Source of the DNA: a virus
Taxonomy: Duplodnaviria; Heunggongvirae; Uroviricota; Caudoviricetes
IMG/VR virus record: IMGVR_UViG_2778261630_000007
Length of the DNA stretch: 38,730 nt
Reading direction: 5' to 3' (one strand)
The position numbers and the translations under genes are program-made. The notes under the pieces are model-generated. The model was not told the DNA's origin. It did no database searches and saw only the letters and a program-made list of their open reading frames with translations. This document shows, in pieces, positions 20,153-28,838 of the stretch (positions are counted from its first letter, which is position 1; every line of letters starts with the position of its first letter).

Positions 20153-20176
20153 AAAAAAAACCGCCAGATATGGCGG
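20153..20176 (-). terminator. putative intrinsic terminator between the tRNA genes and the lysis cassette
   Basis: Minus strand CCGCCA-TATC-TGGCGG followed by TTTTTTTT. Confidence 0.55.
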
Positions 20177-20542
20177 TTGGTCAATGTATAAGATAAATCA
20201 TTTTAATTGTAATAAAAATCGAGGTGTCGGGTGCCTCCCGAAATATCTGTCCCTACAACAAATATTGTGATTCCCCGCTAAACCACTATATAAACCACCC
20301 TCGCACTGAGGAACACCTCTGTGGTGCTTTTACAACACCAGAATGATGCATCACCGACCCTGCCAGGAAATACAAAATCTCCACCGATAATGCACCATTC
20401 TGCTGTCGTAAAAAAATCAGCACTGAGGCTACACCTGGCCTCAAATCATAGCCAGAGAACAGAATGCTTTTCCAAAACAACCTGCTCCCACGTAATAAAA
20501 AATACGCCAGTGCCGTGATACAATAAGGCTTGTTTCAAATGC

Positions 20543-20617
<75 letters not shown>

Positions 20618-20620
20618 ATA

Positions 20621-20696
<76 letters not shown>

Positions 20697-20930
20697 ATTG
20701 GTTCTTCAGGGGAGCGATATCACCGAGCAAAGAAGAGTTCCCCCTCAGAACCGTTTTCGATGATACGATTTAATATTCCAATCGCAACAACACTTTGCGT
20801 CAAGTTATGTAAATTTATTTATATGTTTTTATTTTATGTGAATAATTCACCTTCACTTAAAATATACATGACAATGTATAAACAAATTTATTTTGAAGGT
20901 AATTATTAAATGTCGTTTCTTATATCACAC

Positions 20931-20962
20931 CACAAAAACAACAAAACCCGCTCGATGGCGGG
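20931..20962 (-). terminator. putative intrinsic terminator downstream of the Q-like gene (tR'-like position)
   Basis: Minus strand CCCGC-CATCGA-GCGGG followed by TTTTGTTGTTTTTGTG; lies between the Q-like gene and the tRNA genes. Confidence 0.5.
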
Positions 20963-21049
20963 TTCTATTAAAGTTTAATTGCGCTTGATTCGCCTCGCGA
21001 TACAGCTTTGCGAAGCATAGCAAAATTGAAGCAGTTTATGCGTAAAAAA

Positions 21050-21592
21050 TCAAGCCGTTTTTTGAGCGAATGATTCTCGCATGGGAATGTATAGCGCATA
21101 CTCAGCAACGGCCAACCAATTAGCAATTCGCTTTTCGCATGTGCTAAAACACCACTCTGGGTGTGCATCATTTAGCAATTCAGCCATTTTGCGTTTGGTC
21201 ATCCCCCGCCCCTCATACCGTTGACGAAGGACGCTAATCAATCCTGGATGCTCTACCAGCACCTCACTTATGACCCGATCAATACATAACGCCTCTGCAT
21301 CAGTACAATGCGCCAGCCAGCTCTTTTGCTTACCGTTAATCATATCCCGCAAAAAAGCCTCAAGTTCAGACTTGTTCAGACCTGCTTTTTTCATCCTCCG
21401 GAGCGCCTCGTTAATTGCCGTTTTTGTCAGCTTTTTAGAGGCCAACAACTGGTTGAACATATTCCCCGTCTTACCGCCGCCAATATACGACCAGCGCCCC
21501 CACATGCGCAGTTTTCCCTGAATCCAGACACTTTCCAGCGTGGTGAGACGAAGGTGTTCCCCGCTTTTGCCTGTATTTGTTGGGTAAATCAT
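21050..21592 (-). CDS. putative late-gene antiterminator (Q-like), assigned mainly by position
   Basis: About 180 aa from ATG at 21592 (MIYPTNTGKSGEHL...), overlapping the ybcO-like stop (ATGA); last gene before the terminator, tRNAs and lysis cassette; Cys/His-containing. Confidence 0.5.
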   Translation of the reverse strand: MIYPTNTGKSGEHLRLTTLESVWIQGKLRMWGRWSYIGGGKTGNMFNQLLASKKLTKTAINEALRRMKKAGLNKSELEAFLRDMINGKQKSWLAHCTDAEALCIDRVISEVLVEHPGLISVLRQRYEGRGMTKRKMAELLNDAHPEWCFSTCEKRIANWLAVAEYALYIPMRESFAQKTA

Positions 21593-21879
21593 AAATAACC
21601 TTCCTTTCTCCAGATTTCTTGCGTGCGAAAAACACCTTCTGCATGCATCAGGCGTAATTCTTCTTTGGTGTAATCGCTTGTTTTTACCCGCCCGTCGATT
21701 AAATCGTGGCACGAGCTACAGGCAATCGCTGCCTGCATATCGTGTGGCTTTATCGCCGTTCCGCACGTTCCCGCCAGTCGGTAATGCGCCAGCACAGACG
21801 TTTCGGGATTGTGATTGCAGTAGCCAGGAATTCTGACCTGGCACATCAGGCCCCGCGCCGCTTTACGTAAATCCACCAT
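21589..21879 (-). CDS. YbcO-like protein (DUF1364, putative Zn-binding nuclease)
   Basis: MVDLRKAARGLMCQVRIPGYCNHNPETSVLAHYRLAGTCGTAIKPHDMQAAIACSSCHDLIDGR... resembles DLP12 YbcO as recalled. Confidence 0.7.
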   Translation of the reverse strand: MVDLRKAARGLMCQVRIPGYCNHNPETSVLAHYRLAGTCGTAIKPHDMQAAIACSSCHDLIDGRVKTSDYTKEELRLMHAEGVFRTQEIWRKEGYL

Positions 21880-22478
21880 TACGCAAACTCCAGTAGCTGC
21901 GCGGCCACATTTTCGACCTGTTCCGGAGAGGAAAATTTACGGAACAGAATCCAGTTCCACAGCACATTCAGTACAGATTTATAAACCTGCTGAAACTCGG
22001 TTTCGTCCATATTCGCAAACGCGATGGATTTCGCCCTGCGCCCACGGCTACCGTCCGGATAAATATGCTCGGTGTAAAATCCGGCCTGAATGGTTACCCA
22101 CTCGCGGAAAGCCTCAAACGACTTTAGCAATGCCGTATCACGGGTTCTGCGTGTCGCAACTGTATTCAGATATTGCTCTGCGGCTTCGCTCAGAGCTGGC
22201 GTATGTTCCCGGCCTACTGATTCACACAGGTAATCAACGAAACCTGACACCAGTTTTCGTTCGCGAGGCGTGATCGCCCCACCGACCGGAGTCCAGTAAT
22301 CGAAACCCAGTTGCAGGAGTTTGAAAAAACGCTTGTGGAATGCGTAGTTACGCACACGCTTAAAGTCTGCGTGTATCCACTCACCTATTTTGATTTGATG
22401 CAGAAAATCGCAACTCTCCGGCGTCGCCGGGAGAAGTAAACCAGAAGAAGTTTGTTTGACCAGTTGTATATGCGCCAT
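21879..22478 (-). CDS. nin-region phage protein of unknown function
   Basis: 199-aa ORF immediately upstream of the ybcO-like gene, stop and start adjacent; possibly DUF1367 family (uncertain). Confidence 0.55.
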   Translation of the reverse strand: MAHIQLVKQTSSGLLLPATPESCDFLHQIKIGEWIHADFKRVRNYAFHKRFFKLLQLGFDYWTPVGGAITPRERKLVSGFVDYLCESVGREHTPALSEAAEQYLNTVATRRTRDTALLKSFEAFREWVTIQAGFYTEHIYPDGSRGRRAKSIAFANMDETEFQQVYKSVLNVLWNWILFRKFSSPEQVENVAAQLLEFA

Positions 22479-22751
22479 TTCTCAATCTCTCGATGGCGCA
22501 GCGCAGCAGATGCCAGTTGTTCAGGCTGACGTATGAAGTATAAATAAACTGGCTCCAGTGTAAAGCCCCCACCTTAATGGAATAAAAACCAAACAACAGA
22601 TTGCTGGGATACAAACAACGCTTATTATTAAAAGCGGTTAAACAAATTAAATTTTAATGTTATGCAAATTTGTCAGATCACCATAATATCTCATTTGAAA
22701 ACCGCTGAAATAACAACCCTATCAGGGTTAATCATATTAAGGTGAGTAAAT

Positions 22752-22838
22752 ATGGAAAACAACAAATCTGCACATTACGTTCCTTTTTTATCTGTAATAC
22801 TTTTTGTTTTATGCTGTGCGTGGGCATTATTTTTATAA
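22752..22838 (+). CDS. possible small hydrophobic peptide, 28 aa
   Basis: ATG at 22752 preceded by AAGGTGAG; MENNKSAHYVPFLSVILFVLCCAWALFL; in AT-rich DNA next to the hok locus. Confidence 0.3.
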   Translation: MENNKSAHYVPFLSVILFVLCCAWALFL

Positions 22839-22946
22839 AAATATTCACAGATAAAATATACCCGCCAAAGCTGGTTAAGTGCGGGTGCGTTGAGGATGCC
22901 TGACACATCAGAGGTGGCGGGAGATTACTCTCCCGCCTGGTCACTC

Positions 22947-23102
22947 TTACTCTCTAGATTCGTAGTCTACGAAGACAGCGACCTCCGTCTGGCCGGTTCG
23001 GATTCGTACCTCGCAGAGGTCTTTCCTCGTTACCAGTGCCGTCACTATGACGGTTAAACAGATGACGATCAGGGCGATTAGCATCGCTTTTTGCTGCTTC
23101 AT
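22947..23102 (-). CDS. hok: Hok/Gef family type I toxin (HokD/RelF-like)
   Basis: MKQQKAMLIALIVICLTVIVTALVTRKDLCEVRIRTGQTEVAVFVDYESRE from ATG at 23102; Hok signature with a single TM segment and CE(V/I)R motif. The ORF-track in-frame upstream extension is mok-like leader or spurious. Confidence 0.85.
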   Translation of the reverse strand: MKQQKAMLIALIVICLTVIVTALVTRKDLCEVRIRTGQTEVAVFVDYESRE

Positions 23103-23313
23103 AGCCTGCTTCTCCTTGCCTTTCGGCACGTAAGAGGCTAACCTACATGTGTTCAGCATGGATTGAGCCTCAGATTAATGTTAAGCGTCTTGCAGGACGC
23201 GTAATGTTAACTGGGGCTTTTCTCTATCTGCCTTTTGGTGTTCATGCCTGAGGCAGATAGCCTCAAGCACCCGCAGCAATTCTACTTAACTCTCCTTTTC
23301 CCGCAAACCGTTT

Positions 23314-23397
23314 TTATCCCCAGCGGCAAATCGAATACACCACCAGCGCCACCGCCATCGCAATTCCTACCGTTGTGAATGCTTCAGGCCAGGTCAT
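23314..23397 (-). CDS. possible 27-aa membrane peptide, translationally coupled
   Basis: ATG at 23397 overlaps the upstream gene stop (ATGA); MTWPEAFTTVGIAMAVALVVYSICRWG. Confidence 0.3.
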   Translation of the reverse strand: MTWPEAFTTVGIAMAVALVVYSICRWG

Positions 23398-23789
23398 CGA
23401 TTCACCTCCTGCTCAATATTTTTAAGGTCATTTTCCGCATACAGTATTGCTGTCCTGGCTGCTCGTAACCGGGCTTTGGCATTTTTCTCTTCACGTTCAA
23501 GTTTTGCCACAGCTTCACGAAGAGCATCCCGCTTTGCATAGAGTGATTTAATCTCAGACACTATGTTTTCACCGTTTCTCGCACGGTCGAGAACAAGCTC
23601 GAACGGATCTAAAGCCAATCCGCACCAGTTACAGGTAATCGTACGATTCACTTCTGAAATTGTTGTACGGATATGCTGACAGCATTTTTGCTCGCCGCTT
23701 TTTCTGTCGGTTATCACAACGTTGAGGAGTCCTTCCTCCTCTGATTTTGGCTGTACCAGGGTGATAACATTGTCGACTTCATTTTTCAT
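23394..23789 (-). CDS. hypothetical protein, Cys-x2-Cys plus coiled-coil tail (paralog of 25327..25716)
   Basis: 131-aa ORF; ...TCNWCGLALDPFELVL... then a Lys/Arg/Glu-rich helix; same architecture as the ORF at 25327..25716. Confidence 0.6.
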   Translation of the reverse strand: MKNEVDNVITLVQPKSEEEGLLNVVITDRKSGEQKCCQHIRTTISEVNRTITCNWCGLALDPFELVLDRARNGENIVSEIKSLYAKRDALREAVAKLEREEKNAKARLRAARTAILYAENDLKNIEQEVNR

Positions 23790-24319
23790 CCGTTCACCTC
23801 CTGCGGTGGTTCCGGTAGCGGCATCCAGTGAGTTGCCTGCTCAATACCATTACCCGGCTTAATCGTTGCTTCTCCTCGCCGGAATGTGCTTCCTGTATAG
23901 CGTGCGGAGCATATTAGCGGTTCAACCAGAGAGCTATCGAAATTCACCGAAATAAGCACGTTCTGGTTCTTTTCAGGCATCCGCTCACTACAGCTTATCC
24001 AACCATCCGGAATTACCGGCGCTGACGGCGCTGCGTAAAGCGGTGTTATTTCTGCCCGAAAGTCACCTATTTCATGCAGTCGCACCCACCGTTCGACTTC
24101 TGCTTTGTCAGAATACAGAGCAGTGAACGTATTATATTCATTGTCAATTTGCGTGAAGGTTGCCTTCCACGCCACTGGCTCTGCTTCCAGTGATGCCAGT
24201 GCGATACGAAACACATTGGCAAGCAGGCTGTCTGAAGATTGGTTATCGTGCGCCGGGTCGCTCAGGAAACCAGTGATGAATGATTTAATCTCCGCGTTTT
24301 CTCTGGTAATAGTGGTCAT
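23786..24319 (-). CDS. DUF551-like phage protein
   Basis: 177 aa with C-terminal ...EQATHWMPLPEPP, the characteristic DUF551 terminus as recalled. Confidence 0.6.
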   Translation of the reverse strand: MTTITRENAEIKSFITGFLSDPAHDNQSSDSLLANVFRIALASLEAEPVAWKATFTQIDNEYNTFTALYSDKAEVERWVRLHEIGDFRAEITPLYAAPSAPVIPDGWISCSERMPEKNQNVLISVNFDSSLVEPLICSARYTGSTFRRGEATIKPGNGIEQATHWMPLPEPPQEVNG

Positions 24320-24525
24320 TTGTTAATCCTCAAAACTTTATGCCCGGGTGCAAAAGCACGCGTTTTGTCTTTGCTTATTCGCCAACCATCCTTGCGCGCC
24401 TCTTTTGCACAGCCAGCCCATGACGTACCGATATACTCACCAAAGTCTGGCGGCTGATATTTGCCATCCGTACACTGGCGGCAATCACAATAGAGATGCA
24501 TGGTGTAACTTGCGGCAATACCCAT
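24316..24525 (-). CDS. hypothetical small Cys-rich protein
   Basis: 69-aa ORF, 4-bp overlaps with both neighbours. Confidence 0.5.
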   Translation of the reverse strand: MGIAASYTMHLYCDCRQCTDGKYQPPDFGEYIGTSWAGCAKEARKDGWRISKDKTRAFAPGHKVLRINK

Positions 24526-24885
24526 TCAGCCTCCTTTGATGCCAGTGTTTACAACCAGGCAGGCCTCCTTGAGTACCCAGTCAATAGCGTCTTTCCATGC
24601 TCCGGTTTCGACTGGCGGATTCTCACGCTTTACCTGTTCATAAAAGCGCACGGCTTTAACCAGTCCTTCTGATGTCACCGGGACTGGCGGGGCAGTGAAT
24701 AACGCCTGAATTTCATAGTTCGGTCTGTCGTTGCAATCCTCTTTGGTCGGTACATATTTCCAGTCACCAGCCCACTGCGTCCCCTTAAAGTCCGTAACGC
24801 CTTTTTTCACATAGCGATATCGCCATGCAACTGGTTTTGCCTTCCCTGCCGTTTCATGCCCTTCCTGATAATTAATCTCGCTCAT
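24526..24885 (-). CDS. hypothetical protein
   Basis: 119-aa ORF in the same co-directional array. Confidence 0.5.
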   Translation of the reverse strand: MSEINYQEGHETAGKAKPVAWRYRYVKKGVTDFKGTQWAGDWKYVPTKEDCNDRPNYEIQALFTAPPVPVTSEGLVKAVRFYEQVKRENPPVETGAWKDAIDWVLKEACLVVNTGIKGG

Positions 24886-25058
24886 TCATCGCCCCACTCA
24901 TCACAATATGCTTCGACAGGTGTTTTTCCTGCTTCGTAGTCATCACGCCAGGCTTCAGCATCAGCAGCACTTCCACCACGTAACTCTGCATAGTCCATTA
25001 ACAATTCATGCCATTCTTCAAAACTGACGTTGTATTTAGTTGAGCCAAAATCAGCCAT
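24882..25058 (-). CDS. hypothetical small acidic protein (58 aa), missed by the ORF track
   Basis: ATG at 25058; MADFGSTKYNVSFEEWHELLMDYAELRGGSAADAEAWRDDYEAGKTPVEAYCDEWGDE; stop overlaps the next start (ATGA). Confidence 0.45.
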   Translation of the reverse strand: MADFGSTKYNVSFEEWHELLMDYAELRGGSAADAEAWRDDYEAGKTPVEAYCDEWGDE

Positions 25059-25233
25059 TTTGTTCTTCCTCCTCGTCTTTTATTTCGTGATATGAGTAAT
25101 TGCAGTAGTTAAAGAAAATTTCTTTTGCTTCGTCATGAATTTCATCAGGTATTGCGTCATCGTCCACTTCGAATACATCCTCAAAATCTCCACCAGCTAT
25201 TCCCGTTTCAATAATTATTTTGAACTTTCGCAT
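25051..25233 (-). CDS. hypothetical small acidic protein
   Basis: 60-aa ORF, strongly acidic C-terminus (DEEEEQNG). Confidence 0.45.
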   Translation of the reverse strand: MRKFKIIIETGIAGGDFEDVFEVDDDAIPDEIHDEAKEIFFNYCNYSYHEIKDEEEEQNG

Positions 25234-25326
25234 TTCACTACTGCCCTTTCGGGTGGCCTCCTGCTGTTCTGAGGGTGCAGAAATCCCTCCGGTTAAGGAT
25301 TAAATTTTTAACAGTGCTAAATTTAA

Positions 25327-25716
25327 TTATTCAGTTCTGGATTTTGTCGCCCTGCGTATCCGCGCTTTCGCGTTACGCTCAATCTGAATTAGCTTTTCTA
25401 TATTTTTTCGCCTTTCCCGCTCCTCCTGACGCAATAGCCTTACATCATCTGCCAGTCTGGTTTCTCTTTTCGCCACAGAGAGCATCCAGTCAAACGGCTC
25501 CACAACTGCACCGCAGATTTTACAGCGGACCTGACGCTCTTTTTCATCAACCCGGACAGAAGCGTGATGGCAATATGGTCTTTCCGATGGCTCATAAAGA
25601 AAATTAACCTGATTAAGTGGGTCATCTTCTTTTACCGGAAATAAAACAATATTACTTAACTCATCTTCTGGTTTTATTTCCACGTCACTCTCCTTTGATG
25701 CGAATGCCAGCAACAC
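25327..25716 (-). CDS. hypothetical protein, Cys-x2-Cys plus coiled-coil tail (paralog of 23394..23789)
   Basis: ...RCKICGAVVEPFDWML... followed by a basic coiled coil; architecture parallels the ORF at 23394..23789. Confidence 0.55.
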   Translation of the reverse strand: MLLAFASKESDVEIKPEDELSNIVLFPVKEDDPLNQVNFLYEPSERPYCHHASVRVDEKERQVRCKICGAVVEPFDWMLSVAKRETRLADDVRLLRQEERERRKNIEKLIQIERNAKARIRRATKSRTE

Positions 25717-25996
25717 GTAGTGCGCGCTCTAAATCAGCCAGATAAATCCAGCTGCCATTTTCCTTAGGTATCATGACATGGCGCTCATCAGCATTTATCG
25801 GGTGTCCATATCGAAGTTCATAGCCAGCCGGTAGCTGGACTTCCCTTGCCTCCAGTTCTGCAATGCGCTTGTCTTTGGCTTCCAGTTCATCAAGAACCTT
25901 TTTTATGGCTGGTGAATGTGTCGCATAACTCGCAGCCGGACCGGCAAGCATTATCCTGAGCTGCGTTTTCGCTTTTTCCGTGTTCATTTGGTTCAT
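25685..25996 (-). CDS. hypothetical protein
   Basis: 103-aa ORF in the co-directional array. Confidence 0.5.
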   Translation of the reverse strand: MNQMNTEKAKTQLRIMLAGPAASYATHSPAIKKVLDELEAKDKRIAELEAREVQLPAGYELRYGHPINADERHVMIPKENGSWIYLADLERALRVAGIRIKGE

Positions 25997-26011
25997 TACC
26001 TTATTTAGTGG

Positions 26012-26416
26012 CTATATTCCCCAATAGAACGTTAGTATACGCTGTATACCTTTGCTTTCCCGGCACTCACGGCAAATCATGTTCTGACGCCTGTCGTAGC
26101 GGCGTATTTCTCCGTCTGGTAATGACCAGATAAGGTCCGGATCAACCACAACCGGTTTCTTCGCCTTTGCCCTCGATAGTTTTTTGCGGGCATTTTGCCA
26201 GTCCTTACGAGCCTGTTCAGACGGGAATAACCCGTAGCCAGAGTTGTATACATCGCCACTGGCAACCAGCTCTCTGGCGAGAACGCTCATCAGATATCTT
26301 GTCGCACCTGTCTTGGCTTCCAGTTGCCGTAACGTCTCGCGCCCACTCCGGCGTACTAGCTCAACAACCTGTCCCTTGATTTTTTCCCGCTCTTCTTGTG
26401 TAAATACTTTTGCCAT
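26012..26416 (-). CDS. hypothetical protein
   Basis: ATG at 26416 (MAKVFTQEEREKIKGQ...); basic protein with a C-terminal CxxC. Confidence 0.5.
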   Translation of the reverse strand: MAKVFTQEEREKIKGQVVELVRRSGRETLRQLEAKTGATRYLMSVLARELVASGDVYNSGYGLFPSEQARKDWQNARKKLSRAKAKKPVVVDPDLIWSLPDGEIRRYDRRQNMICRECRESKGIQRILTFYWGI

Positions 26417-26431
26417 AAGCGCCTCCGGCAA

Positions 26432-27193
26432 TCACTTTTCCGATGCAACACAGCGAGAAGAATCAGTAATCTGTCGAACAATATCCCGGTGCTTGTTCAG
26501 CTCCCGCAGCGCGGCGCAGACACGCTCCCACTTCTGGACATGATTTTTCGCCCGACGCAGTTCGCGGTTTGCCATATGCAGCGATGGCAGAACGAGGTCA
26601 TCCGCTCGCGTTTCGGTAAACGATGGCAACGACTGCACAATGTCCGCCACAGTTTCTGTTTTAATATCTTCCTGTGTTGCAGCTTCCTGTCCCGGTAACG
26701 CAACACCTGCTGGTTGAGGAAAGGCTTTACCATCAGTTTCCGTTACCGATGCAGCTTTCGGCTCTGCTGGTAAATCATCGCCCGGCATGCAGTAACGAAA
26801 TTTACCGTTCTGATTAACGCGAATCAGACGGCCTTTGCTGATTGCCATTGCCAGCGTTGAAGCCACTTTGCGTGATGTGGTGCCGAAAAACGTAGCCAGT
26901 TCATCCGCCGTTTGTGGGCCACGTTGTTCAATCGTCGCGGTTAAATCGCACTCTGAGATTTTCGCTACTGTTGCCGTGGTGGTTTCTTCCGGCAGTTCTG
27001 CCTGCTCTGGCTGTTCCTGCTGAACGTTGTTATCAGCCACACGCCAGGTGTATACGCTTTTATCAACGAAGCCAGCCTTTTTAAGTTCCCACAGCTCGTT
27101 CAGCACTTCTTCACGACTGATATCAAGTCGCGCAGCCAGTTCTACCGACGTGGCTTTTCCCATTGCTTTCAGTGCATCAAAAACGGTTTCCAT
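26432..27193 (-). CDS. hypothetical replication-module protein with N-terminal winged-helix-like region (possibly YdaW-like)
   Basis: ATG at 27193 ([43 protein letters not shown]...); follows the DnaC-like gene; alternative start at 27244. Confidence 0.5.
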   Translation of the reverse strand: METVFDALKAMGKATSVELAARLDISREEVLNELWELKKAGFVDKSVYTWRVADNNVQQEQPEQAELPEETTTATVAKISECDLTATIEQRGPQTADELATFFGTTSRKVASTLAMAISKGRLIRVNQNGKFRYCMPGDDLPAEPKAASVTETDGKAFPQPAGVALPGQEAATQEDIKTETVADIVQSLPSFTETRADDLVLPSLHMANRELRRAKNHVQKWERVCAALRELNKHRDIVRQITDSSRCVASEK

Positions 27194-27215
27194 TAAAATT
27201 TCCTCCCGGTAAAAA

Positions 27216-27962
27216 TCACTTCGCAATTCCTGGCTGGACGACATTCGGACGCCAGCTCTCCCAGTTAAAATTCACCCATCGCCCGCCGTTCATGGTCATG
27301 CGATCCATAATCCGCTCGCCGAGCAATGTTTTCATGGCCTCATAGTTCAGGTTTGTCAGCATCCCCACGCTGCGCATCGACGCTGTCCGGCGATCAACAA
27401 TCTGGTGCAGCACCACCTGCTCGTTTTTTGTCTCGCGCTGAATGCCAATTTCATCAAGAACCAGCAGATCCACTTGGCACAGTTCCCGCAAAAATTTTTC
27501 GCCTGATTGCCCGTCGTCATAGCTGGCGTGTAGAGCACTCATGACATCAGCCACGGTAACCACAATCACTGTCTGGCCATCTTTCAGCAGGCGATTCCCG
27601 ATAGCCGCCGCCAGATGGTTTTTTCCGGTACCAGGTTTTCCGCTGAACGCAAAATTTGTACACCCGGTCATCAGTTCATCAGCGATAGATTTCGCCTGGT
27701 TCAACGCGTATCGCTGACCGTAGTTCTGCACCTGGTAATTCGCAAACGAGCATTTGCGGTGCAATGGCTGGATGCCAGAGCGATTCAGAATTTTTTCCAC
27801 CCGCAACTGACGATTCTGACGGTTGATCTCCTCACAACGTTTCTGGCCTTCGGAAAGTTGCCACTCGCGCCACTCCGCTACCGTTTTGAATGGGGCGGTT
27901 ACATGTGGCGGGGCCAGTCTGCGGATACGTTCAAGAATGCCTCCAGCCGCAATATTTTTCAT
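27216..27962 (-). CDS. ydaV: DnaC-like helicase loader (IstB-like AAA+ ATPase)
   Basis: 248 aa; Walker [16 protein letters not shown] and Walker [10 protein letters not shown]; same size and position as Rac YdaV. Confidence 0.85.
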   Translation of the reverse strand: MKNIAAGGILERIRRLAPPHVTAPFKTVAEWREWQLSEGQKRCEEINRQNRQLRVEKILNRSGIQPLHRKCSFANYQVQNYGQRYALNQAKSIADELMTGCTNFAFSGKPGTGKNHLAAAIGNRLLKDGQTVIVVTVADVMSALHASYDDGQSGEKFLRELCQVDLLVLDEIGIQRETKNEQVVLHQIVDRRTASMRSVGMLTNLNYEAMKTLLGERIMDRMTMNGGRWVNFNWESWRPNVVQPGIAK

Positions 27963-27968
27963 GGTCAG

Positions 27969-28826
27969 TTACCCCCTGAAGCCTGGCGGGATCGCACTAT
28001 CCGGTAACGAGACGGTGTTAACCTGTCGGAGTAACGTCTCAGGTCGAACACCTTTTGGCGCGAACAAGCCCTGGTATTCATTGGCGATGCTGTGTCGAAT
28101 CACCTGCTCAGGTGAAAAACCCTGCTGGCGGAATTTTTCCAGCTCCCGTATCGCCCCGTTAGCGCCCTGCTCCGTTCGAATCGGTTTACGCAATGCCTGG
28201 CGAAATTCAACCCACTCACGCCAAAGCGAGACAGAAATCCAGTTCGGCAAAGCAATATCCAGAGGGTCAAACTTTTTGCCACCTCGATTCCCCCGGGGGG
28301 GATTTAGGGGGGGATCTGTTTTTAGATCTTTATCTGTATCTTTATTAGTTGCCTTTGTGTTGACATCATGTTCAAACACCACTTCAACATCTGTTTGAAC
28401 ACCTGTTAAATTTCTCTCTTGTTTTGTTTGAACATCTGCTTCCTTTCTGCTTCTTCTGGCCTGAACCGATGCTTTTCCTGCGGCTGATTTTTTGGTTAAT
28501 TTTTCCCTGACTGATGCCAGATCTTCCTCAATCCGAAGATGCACCCATTCCTCGCCGTTATCGCAAAAAAACTCCCGCAAGGATGGTTCAACATCAGCCC
28601 ATCGCTCGTTAGTCAGACGGGCAATTTTTGCCAGCCTGTTTTTAGGTATTGGCTTTCCTGTTTGCCAGTAATTGAACATCAGCAACAAATACGCACCATG
28701 CTCCTCTGCTGACAAATGCATGGTGTCAGCCAGGTAATCAGCTATGTACAGTTGCATGTATGGTAATGCGGCCATAATTGCCCCGTATGATGCTGCCCGG
28801 TTGCTTAGAATAAGCACAAACAGCAT
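27969..28826 (-). CDS. ydaU: replication initiation protein (lambda O-like, YdaU/DUF1376 family)
   Basis: 285-aa ORF preceding the DnaC-like gene; contains the iteron-like repeat block; size matches Rac YdaU as recalled. Confidence 0.7.
   Translation of the reverse strand: MLFVLILSNRAASYGAIMAALPYMQLYIADYLADTMHLSAEEHGAYLLLMFNYWQTGKPIPKNRLAKIARLTNERWADVEPSLREFFCDNGEEWVHLRIEEDLASVREKLTKKSAAGKASVQARRSRKEADVQTKQERNLTGVQTDVEVVFEHDVNTKATNKDTDKDLKTDPPLNPPRGNRGGKKFDPLDIALPNWISVSLWREWVEFRQALRKPIRTEQGANGAIRELEKFRQQGFSPEQVIRHSIANEYQGLFAPKGVRPETLLRQVNTVSLPDSAIPPGFRG
28290..28440. repeat. iteron-like repeat cluster inside the O-like gene (putative replication origin)
   Basis: CCCCCGGGGGGGATTTAGGGGGGGATCTG then AGATCT/TATCTG repeats, then GTTCAAACACC (28370), GTTTGAACACCTG (28393), GTTTGAACATCTG (28426) in AT-rich context. 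Confidence 0.5.
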
Positions 28827-28838
28827 GGAAACTTTTGC

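Noticed and set aside
20082-20518. Three 62 to 65 aa ORFs in the spacer between the tRNAs and the holin
   Set aside because: No ribosome-binding sites, implausible translations, mutually overlapping; region better explained as structured non-coding DNA.
20697-20760. Possible third tRNA next to tRNA-Thr
   Set aside because: The imperfect inverted repeat (GGTTCTTCAGGGGA ... TCCCCCTCAGAACC) has no T-loop, anticodon arm or acceptor stem; probably a hairpin or remnant.
22732-22944. 70-aa minus-strand ORF in the AT-rich spacer
   Set aside because: Low-complexity AT-driven frame with no ribosome-binding site; overlaps the better supported + strand small ORF.
22947-23159. 70-aa ORF-track form of hok
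   Set aside because: The 19-codon N-terminal extension starts at a non-ATG codon and would add a non-Hok-like leader; ATG at 23102 gives the canonical 51-aa protein.
27823-28398. 191-aa + strand ORF across the ydaV/ydaU junction
   Set aside because: Antisense to two well-supported replication genes; Ser/Arg/Cys-rich translation typical of a non-coding frame.
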